DNA of 64,000 nt. Source: Lingula anatina (taxonomy: Eukaryota > Animalia > Brachiopoda). Location: NCBI GenBank assembly GCA_051362555.1, contig CM120641.1:4898001-4962000 (forward strand). The letters run 5' to 3'. Of this stretch, positions 1 through 12,000 are shown in pieces. The first letter of the stretch is position 1; each line of letters begins with the position of its first letter. Under the pieces are notes generated by a model, which was not told where the DNA came from, did no database searches, and worked only from the letters and a program-made list of their open reading frames with translations. A program made the translations under genes and the position numbers.

Positions 1-1790
1 GATTTTAAGCTCCATTGCAATTATACATATTTCTTTGAGTGTGAACAAATTTAATGCATTGATCATGCCGTTTGTTTGAACAAAAGCAAATGTCATATTA
101 CACCGGATACAAGAAAAGTGTGAAAATACCGAGAAATGCCTTTTTATATGTAAATGACTTCTCGGTTACAAGAAATGTTTCAGTCAGTATTGCTGATTGG
201 AAACATTATCACGGATTAAAGTTGTTTCTTAACTTGACAGGGCTAGAAACTAGATGAAGGAAAAGCAATCCCACTTAAGTAATTGCTACCTGACTTGTTT
301 TGCAACAATTGGAAATACTATGATATTTGCTTTTTTTCTGCTTTTTTTGTGATGAATCAAATGTGAAATTGGAATTTTTTTTGATACATGGTATAGGGCA
401 TTTGTTAAGTTTTGATGGAAAAGGATATGTTAGTCTGTTTGCTTCGGAATGCAAGTCTCTCTTCTTGTACATTTAGTAGCTTTCAAAAACAGTTCCGTAT
501 GCAAGGGTGGACAGAGGTCTTGTTTTACAATCATCCAAGAAGTTTGGAAGTGTTCTTTCCCTCCCACGCAACAGCTTTCCCCCCAAGTTGTCAAATAACT
601 ACAACCAAGTGCAAAAAATTATTTACTGGTCGCAAAAAATTCAATACAAGCCAATATAAGCCCTGAAGCCTACATTCAAACTTGCTTCATAACTACAGTC
701 AAGGGATAAGATTTCATTTGCTGGTCACAAAAATCTAATTTAAGTCACTGTAAGCCATGACGTCTTACATTCAGACCTTCTCTATCTGTAACTGTTTCAG
801 GAAATGATCTCCACGCGCGGATCTAATGAAAGTGATTACTTTTCATCTGGTTGCTGTTGATGAGGTTCAATTCTGGGAGGCAGATATGTATGCCTAAATG
901 ATAGGGTGGAATCAATCTCCAGTCACTTTATATTCTATCAGTTAAATCCTAAGCTATTCTTAGGTACTTTTCAGATAAATTGCGCAGTCGTGGTTTCTGA
1001 GATCAGGAATAATGGTGGACACATTCCATAATGGGGATTTACATTAGACAGGGGGATTGTTCTCATCTTAAAGTGAAACTAAAGGAAGCATGCATGATAT
1101 ACTTCTGGTGGAAACTTGTACTGAGATCTTAGCTACATGAGATTGTCTTTTATGTAATAATATAAATTACTCTAGAAGCTCTACTTTGACACGGGAAGAT
1201 CTAGGTCCAGCTCATAGATCCCAATTAAGTTATCCCAAGAGAAAAAAGCAAGGCAACACAGCAGCTTCATTAACAAAATCTAAAACTCAATTTATTCACA
1301 GGTCCTTGACTATTTTTATACTTGTGGTCGTGACAGAATTAGCAAGATAGGAGGTTAAACTTCATAAAGAGATATAGGCAATTAAAGATAGGGCAATCAC
1401 AAAATGTACTGTTATGAGCCGTACGCACTTGTAGGCGACTCCATTAAAATTTATTTGCAAGTCTGTTGATTAGTTCACATTCAGTACAAAGGTTGTGAGA
1501 TTTAGGATGCAGCATACACACACATGCACACACACACACACGCACACATGCCTGCATGCACACCATCGTATCCTATGATGTTAATTACAAGGGATTGTAG
1601 ACTAGCTGTCTCCATGTTTCTTACATTCATTGCATTGTGTTGCTGGGGACATTGGAAAGCCAGATGGACAACTAATCAGGCCCAAAAGTTAAACCAGATC
1701 GTTGAAGCATTGTAGCCTGTGGAATTAATTAATTGTACCACCAGCGTAGGCGCTGGCGGTACACATGGTTTTAGTCCCGACCCGTATGTT

Positions 1791-1868
1791 CCGCCGGCTC
1801 CTGCAGCTCCGCCGGCTCCTGCGGCTCCTGCGGCTCCTGCGGCTCCGCCGGCTCCTGCGGCTCCGCCG
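1791..1868 (+). repeat. 9-bp GC-rich minisatellite (CCGCCGGCT / CCTGCGGCT) in the element's 5' arm
   Basis: About 8-9 units here, about 3 in copy 2 (45511-45539) and about 4 in copy 3 (52538-52574). Confidence 0.85.
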
Positions 1869-2774
1869 CCAAGTCACCGTTACCGCTTCTCCTCCTAGAC
1901 GGTAAGGGCCTCCATACCCATCTCTTGGATTTAGGTCACCTATAATCTCAACTCGTTCCACGTAAAATTTGGGCTTTGTCGGTATTGGGGTCTAGGTGTG
2001 GCACTCATTGCAATGCACCCTTGTCCAAAAATGGCAAAATTAAATGCTAATTATCTCCCCTACGGAAGGAAATATGGGAAAAATTTCTACAGACAGCTTT
2101 CCAAAAGTCATATGTGTAGATTTCATATATGCCCTTGGATTTGACCTTTGACCTTTATTTCAAGGTCAAACAGGCCAAAATTTTCAAAAAAACAAAATTT
2201 TTGCCGAAAAAAAATTATTTGCGGCCTTATTCAGATACCACACAAACTTAACTAATAATATTAATGGAAAGTGTTACCCTTCAGGTCATCTTTCATCTCC
2301 GTGAATTTGGGGTCAATCGGTGCATTTTCACGGGAGTAGCGGCCATAAGATATCGAAACTTAAAACTGTCTCTAATTTGGGAACCGTTAATGCTAGACAC
2401 CCATTCTTTTTTGCATTTTGTAGAGCATGTAAAGCCCAACACTGGAGGTGGTCTCTGTTTTTTTGTATTCCATACCGTTTTCGAGTTACGCTGTATCAAA
2501 AAGTACATATTGGTGGTGAAAGCAAAATGTGCAGTACGGTAATGGATAATAAATTTTGAACTCCGGAAAAATAAAACATAAGGCTTGGCAAAGCAGACAA
2601 CTTGTGGTCAAAAATGACATTATTTCATCAAATTTGAACATCTGGAACTTCAGATCACCTCCCATTTCAAGAATTTTGACCAAAATGACCTTTTCTTTAT
2701 TTTAATTAATTTTTTTCAGTAGGAAATTTATGGCACATTATGGTAACTCCAAAATTATAACATTTAGTCCCTTA

Positions 2775-3920
2775 TATCTCCAAAACTGGCAGAGATAGGT
2801 CCATAGTTACTATTGAACATGAATAGGAAGTCATATACTGGCAATCTAAATGTGACCTTGAAATTGACCTTTGACCTACTTTTCACCATGAACTGAACTT
2901 TGCAAATTTTGCTTCCCTTTTATCTCCAAAACTGGCAGAGATAGGCCCATAGTTTCTATTGAACTTGAATAGGAAGTCATATACTGGCAATCTAAATGTG
3001 ACCTTAAAATTGACCTTTGACCTACTTTTCACCATGAACTGAACTTTGCAAATTTTGCTTCCCTTTTATCTCCAAAACTGGCAGAGATAGGTCCATAGTT
3101 ACTATTGAAGTTGAATAGGAAGTCATATACTGGCAATCTAAATGTGACCTTGAAATTGACCTTTGACCTACTTTTCACCATGAACTGAACTTTGCAAATT
3201 TTGCTTCCCTTTTATCTCCAAAACTGGCAGAGATAGGTCCATAGTCTCTATTGAATTTGAATAGGAAGTCATATACTGGCAATCTATATGTGACCTTAAA
3301 ATTGACCTTTGACCTACTTTTCACCATGAATTGAACTTTGCAAATTTTGCTTCCCTTTTATCTCCAAAACTGGCAGAGATAGGTCCATAGTTACTATTGA
3401 AGTTGAATAGGAAGTCATATACTGGCAATCTAAATGTGACCTTAAAATTGACCTTTGACCTACTTTTCACCATGAACTGAACTTTGCAAATTTTGCTTCC
3501 CTTTTATCTCCAAAACTGGCAGAGATAGGTCCATAGTCTCTATTGAAGTTGAATAGGAAGTCATATACTGGCAATCTAAAAGTGACCTTAAAATTGACCT
3601 TTGACCTACTTTTCACCATGAACTGAACTTTGCATATTTTGCTTCTCCTTTATCTCCAAAACTGGCAGAGATAGGTCCATAGTTACTATTGAACGTGAAT
3701 AGGAAGTCATATACTGGCAATCTAAGTGTGACCTTGAAATTGACCTTTGACCTACTTATTATCATGAACTGAACTCTGCTAATTTCTTTTTCTTTTAACT
3801 CCAAACCTGGCAGAGATAGGTCCATAGTTACTATTGAAGTTGAATAGGAAGTCATATACTGGCAATTTACTGTGACCTTGGAATTGACCTTTGACCTACC
3901 TTACAATGAACTTAACTTTG
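2775..3920 (+). repeat. Tandem array of about 8 x 146-bp monomers inside element copy 1
   Basis: TATCTCCAAAACTGGCAGAGATAGG recurs at 2775, 2921, 3067, 3213, 3359, 3505, 3651 and about 3796 (period 146). Confidence 0.95.
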
Positions 3921-5157
3921 ATTGTACCATTTTTAGTTATATATATATTTTTTGCATATTTTGAAAATTCTTGTTGATTGCATTTTTACAGCTTGGCAAG
4001 CACAAGACTGGTGGCTGTGTTCCTTATTTTGTATATGTGGGGGTCTATACGAATGCGCTTGCTCCAGCTGGTGGTACAATATTCGGAGGCGGTATCGCCT
4101 CTCTGATCCTCTAGTTTTTTTTTCTTTTTGTATTTAAATAATTTAGAATGTCAAGAAAAATAAACACGTTTTCAGACGAAACTCGGGGTTACTTTTCATA
4201 ACTGGCATTGTTGATTGTTACTGCTAATAAAGATATTGATTATTTTGCTGTAATCTGAACTTTCTCATCTGAAGCTGAAGGAACCAAGAATGACAAATTA
4301 AGTTACTGAATTACTTTGATTTATCTTCTCAGCTTATTTGATTTCCTTTTCCATTAACCCCCCCCCCCCATCCATCCACCACCACCCCACCACTGCTTAC
4401 ACACTTACAGATCAGACCACTTTTATCATTTTGTCTTAACTCCTGAAGTTTTAATCAAGTGTGATGAAAGATTACAATAAGTTAAGATCGATTTTCCATC
4501 AGTCGGGAAAGCGTGTATCGTAATGAAGAAAATTTAGAAAAGTGATAGGTAGTAAAGGAAGATTATAATGTCATTTTTTTTCATTGATTTCATTAATGGT
4601 AATGGCTTTGGGTGGAGTTTCTTTAAATAATAAGATTATATTAATCTTCAGGGATTTTTTTATTGATGCCTCAGTAGTACTTGTTGAACTTTAAAAACCT
4701 GGCATCCTCTTCCTCCAGTACTACAAATATTGCTGATATTCCAAATATGTTGAGATTTTTTTATTTTATCAAAACATGTCTTATTCTCCATTTTAACTTT
4801 AGATTGATCTTACTCAGTTAATTTTATGATTGCTATATGTTGTTCAACCCTTTCTGGAAGACACTGACCCCCTTTTTCTAAAGCAACAGCAGCATATGTA
4901 ACAAATGCTGGTTTGTAGTTATTGATTCCTGGTCATATCGTGACTACTTGTTATTTGTACATGGTTGTATTTATCTTCATGGTAGATTTGTTTTGTCTGC
5001 TGCACATATAAAATTTAACAATAAAAGGTCTCATGGCCTCTTACTTGCATCTGGTAACATGGTCAACTTTTTAACCAAGAATTAAGCTAGAAAATTTTAA
5101 TGATTACTTTTAACTCATGTGTTCTGTATATTTCATGTATTTGGTTGTTACTTTCAG

Positions 5158-5953
5158 CAGTAGGGTTCTGTGATAACAAACCTGGACAGAGGTCGCCACT
5201 GCCCAGCCATCCTTCTCCTACCATTACTCGCTGGATGAGGACTGGTAGCACGGACAGGAGACGCAGGGTGCTGCCAAAAGCGCCAACTGTGGATGTACCA
5301 CCAAGTATGTTACTGCATGCAACTGTAGCTTCATAGAGAATTTCTTGGTCCATGGTTGTTTTTGATCCTCCGGCAAATGCTATACTGTATTGAATTTACA
5401 CAGAAAATGAAAGTTGTGTCCACTGCCATATAAATTGCAATGATTTGGTGAAAGAATACTATTTGGCATGGAGAGCTTAAGAGCTTATTTATGGCAGTCT
5501 TTTCTTGAGATACTTTAATTTAGGTACTTACAATTTTTCTGTTCAGAAAATGAGAACTTGCACCTATGCTTACCAGTAATGTTACTCTGGAGTGATCTGC
5601 CAAGTTTATTAAGTTGTCCCATTTTTCATGCATGTGGGATGTTGTTGTTGTTGTTGTGTTTGTATGTGTTTAATGTGCCATCTGTCACTTTTTTAATATA
5701 AAAGAATCTTTGGTATTGAATCATTTTGTCATTATTAATCATCATGCAGTGCTGCTACCTCAAGATAGACATGCATATGCAGATTTTGCCCGTCTGATAT
5801 TATTTTTGGATTTCCCTTAAATCCGTGGTTGATCTAATTCATATAGCTACATGCACACCCTTTCAAGAGGACTTCATCTTATATAGTTACCTATGGAAGA
5901 ATTGAAACCAATTTCATGCTGATAGTGTATGAGATTCAACGTGTTTTGAAGCA

Positions 5954-6045
<92 letters not shown>

Positions 6046-9000
6046 TTGTACACTGTAGTTGACTAACGATTTCTACAATTTTTATCATAATGATGAAATT
6101 TGAATGAAGCAGCTGTGTTGAGCAATGTGATGGGATGTTAATTGTGTTTATATTCTCAACTACTGCAATCAGTCTGTTTATGCTTGGTTTGTGGTTATAG
6201 GCAATACAAAGGTCTTCTTAGATACTTTTAATAACAGCTGCAATATTTATGAACATATTAAAATATTACATTTTTGGGTGACATTTGTGAAATAAAAATT
6301 AAACTTCAGTATTTTAGATAATCAGGAGATAAATGGGACTATAAGATTATACTTACACATTTCCCTGATATCATCTTTAATTATCTAGTACCAATTTAAT
6401 ACTGATCCATATGTTAATATGCATTTATGTGCCTATAATTTTTAACTTGACTCCAGCAAAATGAATGGTGTCATGCATTTTCAGGAATTTCACTTTGTTG
6501 AAGATATTTTAAGCAAGGTTAATTATTTATTATTTCAAGTGATATCCTAACATGACTTAGAGATTTACTGGTCTGTTCATGTAGTAGTAAGAAAGGAAGG
6601 CCCGAGACAAAATTCTTTAGGAAAAAAGTGATACTTTTTCTTTCCATACCAGTCGTATAAATGACTAAAGGAGACTTGCCAATTGTTTAGAGCATATTGA
6701 AGGCGAAGAGAAGTCTTGAATAAGATATTTTTCTTGCCAATGGATATAAATCATCCAAGATCTAAGTGAAGTAACACAGGATTACTTTTTTCATCAATAT
6801 TTATGAACAGTCCATCACAAGAGCTTTATTGAGAACCTTTGAAAAATATTTTTATGGATAAGAACTATGCTAGTATAAATCCCAGCTGAATTGTACTTGT
6901 GATATATGATATACCAAGTCAAAAACATTGTCACTTACCCTTTTCTCTAATGAAAAATATTTTGAATGTTTAGCAAAATGTATTCAGTCAATTAAGAAAT
7001 GTTTTGGTCTGGTTAGAATTAGACCAAAATCAAAGAATCATAGATGTCTGAACCAAACTACATCATGTCTAGATGGATAATGGCATGCTTTTTGAATGAG
7101 TGAGAAAAATTGTGAATGGTGAATGCTGGATAAAGCTCTGGCTAAATGGTCATGTTTAAAACCACGTTCCATACGGTGTATGTCTCACCTGCGATCCAGC
7201 CCCAACAATACGAGGCATTGACTAGAGGTTCAGGCTATTGAATGTGATACCTACCTGGATTGAAAGCCAGGGCTTTGAGCCTATCAGGAGTGTTGTTGTA
7301 TTTTTAAATCTAGCATAAAATTTGGTATTCAAGGCTGATTTCAAAACAGATTCATGTGTTGAGATAACATTGGGATAAGGAAAAACATAATGGGTGCATT
7401 TTTCTTTAATGAAAACAACCAAGGGTCTGGCAGTATTTGCTGTTCTTGACGTAAGGGTGGTCAGTAAATGGTGCTACACTGTACTTGTCTGATGTTCGTC
7501 AGCTTTTCTACTTGAAGATTGATATTGAGAGCAGAGGAATTTGCCCCCAAAAACTTGGAAATAGAAATTAATACAAGGACAGAACAATAGCATAGAATTC
7601 TTTTTTATGAGGCACACTCCACAGAGGCAGCAAGAACGGAAGCAAGCAATGAGTACACATGTAACAGAGTTGTTTTTCTGAGGGACTGCTGCAATAGATT
7701 GTCTGGGATTGGTGTTGATGTTTATTGTTTAGGAGGATTCAAGTGGATAGAAAACATTAGAAAGTGGACAGAGTTGTTTTTATGAAGGACTAGTGCAGCA
7801 GCAGTGATAGATTGTTGGGAAATTTGAAAGTACAGCAGGAGACAACTGGGTAAAAAGATCAAATACATTTGGAAATTATCTCTTTTTGTTGAAGGGCTTC
7901 TATGACAGCAGTGTCTGGGAAGCGCATTTCTAAGTACAAGAGGTCACAAGTTCTACAACAAAGGAGAGGAAGTAGGGAAAATTATTTTCACGAAGAACTT
8001 TGGTGAGAATATGTATATGAATACAAACACAGCAGGTAAATAAATAAGTCATTTTTTGTGTTTGATTACCACAGCTGCATTGTTCAGGAAAATTTTCAGT
8101 AAAACTAGCTTTAAGAAAAGAGTTCTACAGGAGACATTTATGTACTGAATTCACCCTTTCTTGCATCAGACTGTGTTTATTTCATCTTGTCTGGCCTTCC
8201 TGTCATGTCAGGGCTCTGGGAAATGAAAGAGAGCAGACAACAAAGGAGGTGTGCCACATAATTACTGTGAAACCATGCTGTTTGATGGAAAACTAATCTA
8301 ATCCACTCCTGCATGACTCTTGTCCAGTGGCGGAGAACAACTTGACTGTCAGAAAGGTATAATTACACCTTACAGGTGTATAGAGGGCAATCATCTACTC
8401 ACCTGTCACAAATAAAATACTGGGGAGAGAGGGGGGGACATCCATTATAATTGTTACTGTCACGGTGGTTGGAGAGAACAGCAGTTCTGTTGAGAAGTAC
8501 ACCTGGTTTAGAGGAGAAGAGACAGCTGAGTTGTTTGAAGCTATGCTAAGTCATCTGACCCGGGGACAGATAGGAGACATTTAGGGATCTCCCAGGCCTG
8601 TGCTCTGTCATCCTGCTTACAGACTATATACATCTTCCAGGTGAAAGCACAATGCTGAGTGATCTATCTGAGATAAAAACAGTGAACAGTACTCGGAGTG
8701 GTGGAATCAAAGGGCTCATTTTGCAGACAACTGAATTACTTTGTCTATTGATCCCTCTCACTGTGAGCTGATTGAGTAATGTAATATCCATTTTCTCTAT
8801 GTGACTTTAATATCAGGCACAGTAACCAGACGCAAAGAGGCAAAGTTGTATTATTGCCGCTCCATGAACCATGACGTAGCACGTATTTTTATGAAGGAAC
8901 ATTAATAGTTTACGCAAGGGTGGCCGACCACTTGTGCAGACTATATCATTTTAAATGTCACTTAAATTTTGGCTATCAACTCAGTAAAAGGAATTTGTGC

Positions 9001-12000
9001 CATGTAAAGTTCAAAGCACCCGGCCAATCTCGACAAGGTAGTGCAAGGACTTTTCATGCGCTGCATTTTTAATAACATTACGGCATATCAGGTAATAACT
9101 ACAAGTCTGCACATGACTGGAATCAGGATTACTGCTTCTTAGATGCTAGGAACAAATGCATTTTCCATAGGCTTATGGGATTAACTGTTTGTGGACTTTG
9201 ATACTCCGTTGTTTTGGTTTAGCAAATATTTCAAATGTCAACCAGATCTGGTGGAGTAAGCATTGCTTGATATCAGAATCATCAAAGCAGAACACTGAAC
9301 AGGAGAGGCATATCGTATGTAAGACGGTCATTCTCCATAGAGACACAGGGCAGTTTATTGTGTTACTCACCACTCAGGGTGGTTGTAAAGAGACATCCCG
9401 CGGTGATTTGGGGACAATCGTTATTATGTCAGTATTACTACAAGGAGGATGTTGATGAAATGATTGGTTGCGCTTAATAGATATGCTAACAGTGAAACAG
9501 CACAGAACAGAGATTGTTTATACGGAAAATATCAAAAGCAAGGTGGAGAGCATCAAGAGGACAGCACTTCACTGGACCAAAAAACTCTTCCCTGACCCTG
9601 TCATCCCCCTGAACACAGTGGCAGAAGGCTCCCAGGATGACGAACCCAGTGGTAATGGCTTAGCTACAGGGAAAGTTCCACCTGTAGTCCCCCGTAAGTA
9701 AAACTTAGAAAGAAAGAAAACTGGAGAAAAGTTTTGTGGTTTCAGGCCAGAGTTTTGGTGCTTATATTGATATGGTGGGGTGAGGTGGGGAGGGAGGTGC
9801 TACATGTATATTAAGTGTCACCGTTTCGGTGCTCTCAGGAAAGATGGGGAGGAGTAGGATGCAAAAAGCCATTAAGTGTAAGAGTCTGTAATAACTGAGG
9901 GGGGATGCTGCTTATTATCCTGAATGTAGGAAAGATCTTTTAAACCTGTGTGTCTCCATTTTACAGTAGGAAAGTTTATTTGGTTGCCTAGATACCACTT
10001 TAAGGTCAAAATGTCAGCGTGCTACATACTGCCACATTTCTGGTTTGTGTTCATTTTGACGGGGATTTAATGTGAACTAAGTGCCTCTAATAAGAAGTAA
10101 GTTTATTGTTTGTATAATGAATATTTTCTTTTCATTTCTGGACTTAATTGGGCATCAAATACACTTAAATTTGAAATGATTGACCCTTTGTTAATAGTTG
10201 AATCAGCTTTTGCCATAAATAATCCCCTCCCTTTTTTTGTTTGATCCGGCTATCCCATTATATTGACACTCGTGTCCTGCTCTGACAGTAATGCTGTATG
10301 GATAGCAGCTATTTTGTCCACACCTCTTTTTTAAAGCTAGGTTTGGTGTTCTTTGAGACATTACACAGTTTATTGTATGTCATGGGGACCATAGAAAAAT
10401 ATCAGGTAGTTTTTGTCTTTTTACAGTACTAAGTTTCAGGGATGTTAGGTGAGTTATTGGTTTAGTGAATACATATTGACTGTCACTCCAAAATCCAGTC
10501 TCTGCTGTAATACTGCCCCAAAGGAAACCTGCCTTTTTTTGTGGAAAACACAATTTTTTTTACAGATGAGATTAAGAAAGTTCATGAGTATACATGGTAT
10601 TGCTGTCTGCATTTTCCTGTTGGCTGTACACTGATACGGCAGGTGGAGTAGGGGATTTAGTGGCTCTATTACACACATATCCACGTATGAAGATGTTATC
10701 TAATATAGTTAAATGGATTTTTAAATGTATTAAATTGAAATTGGTAGTTATTTAATATACTCAAATGGATGTTAAAGTGTATTCAAAGAATACGGTTTAC
10801 GTAATACATGGTATCAAATTTAGGAGGATTGCATGTCTAATGAAGATCCTCAGGGAATCTTACATGTCTAGTTTTGCAACATAACAAAATGCATTTTTTT
10901 CAGTCATTGTTTCAATTGTTTGTTCAGCTTTTGTTGTTTCGGGAGGAAAAAAGTTTTCATTTGTGTTCTTAAAAGAAATGACTCCAGTTGTCAAATTTTT
11001 AACCAAAAATTTTAGTGATATTGCACTCAGTTTATGAAACATATTTTATTTGTTTGTTTTTTTTTCACTGTAACAACGATACATCATGTGACTTCACGTA
11101 ATTGAAGACTGAACAGAAGCAAGTTTAGATGTCAGGGCACAATGATATGGAATGATTGATGGCTTGGCGTATAGAATTGAACATAAAATTTTTTCGTGCA
11201 AATCCACATCTCTTTCATGACCACAATTAAGTCTTTAACTATTAAAGCATTTTTACTGTAGCACTTATGTTATAGGGGTTTAGAACTTCCAAATATATAG
11301 CCAAAGGCACACTCCGAATAGGCAGTTATTTCAACTAATGTTTGTCCCCATGTAGCCGCGGTTAGTTTTTGTGGTAAAACACATGTGTATCTGTCATCGC
11401 AACAAGGAGTGTATATGAACATTTCATTAATTTTACAGGACTAGTTATCCAAATTATTGCTACTGTATGTGCTTGCTAGTACTTTAATGGGAATTTTGCA
11501 CTTATAATGAATTGAGTTTTCTGTGAAGTGTATTGATCGTTTTCAACAGGATTGCTGGCGTCTGAAGTTCAGAGTTGGGAAAGGAGTTATGAATAACAGC
11601 AAGTTAAATGGTGAACTATTTCATTTGATATTGTTAAGCATTATGAGTGACATTGCACAATTTTTAATCATTTCAGTATAACACCTAACAACATAATTCT
11701 AAGAGCTGCTTCTATATTTGACAAACTTGTTTATCTTTATTGAAGGTCATTATTTCTTTAAAATTATGATAAACAATGAGTCATTTTTAAATCAAGTTAT
11801 TCTGATTTTGTAACAGACTCATAAAAACTGAAATATGTCATAACTTCTGAAAATTAATGATAAATATTTTGCTTTATATTTATTTTATTTGAGGTCAATA
11901 GGTGGAGTATATTTAGTTGTAATTTTTGCACCTGGGGCCACTTACCTTAAAGTGTTTCTTTTCATACTGAAGTAACTTGTAGAGGGTTAAATTTCCCCAT

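Larger units (their letters stand above)
1729..4114 (+). mobile_element. Non-autonomous Helitron/Helentron-like element (HINE-type), copy 1, with internal 146-bp tandem array
   Basis: 5' hairpin GTACCACCAGCG-tagg-CGCTGGCGGTAC; 14-bp sub-terminal inverted repeats ATTGTACCACCAGC (1732-1745) / GCTGGTGGTACAAT (4067-4080); 3' stem-loop GAGGCG-gtat-CGCCTC; ends CTAG followed by a T-run. No TSD and no transposase ORF. Homologous to 45449-46319 and 52475-54237. Confidence 0.8.

Noticed and set aside
1725-1961. Arg/Ser-rich ORF (RRSRRSRR, protamine-like) and similar ORFs at 45427-45636 and 52517-52708
   Set aside because: These are translations of the 9-bp minisatellite inside the repeated element; the frame and start are not conserved between copies.
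2264-2683. Short ORFs in the element arm, repeated at 45979-46375
   Set aside because: No RepHel or transposase motifs, and frameshifts between copies indicate non-coding repeat sequence.
2775-3920. Regular array as a CRISPR locus
   Set aside because: Monomers are contiguous and near-identical along their whole length, with no unique spacers and no cas genes; the context is eukaryotic.
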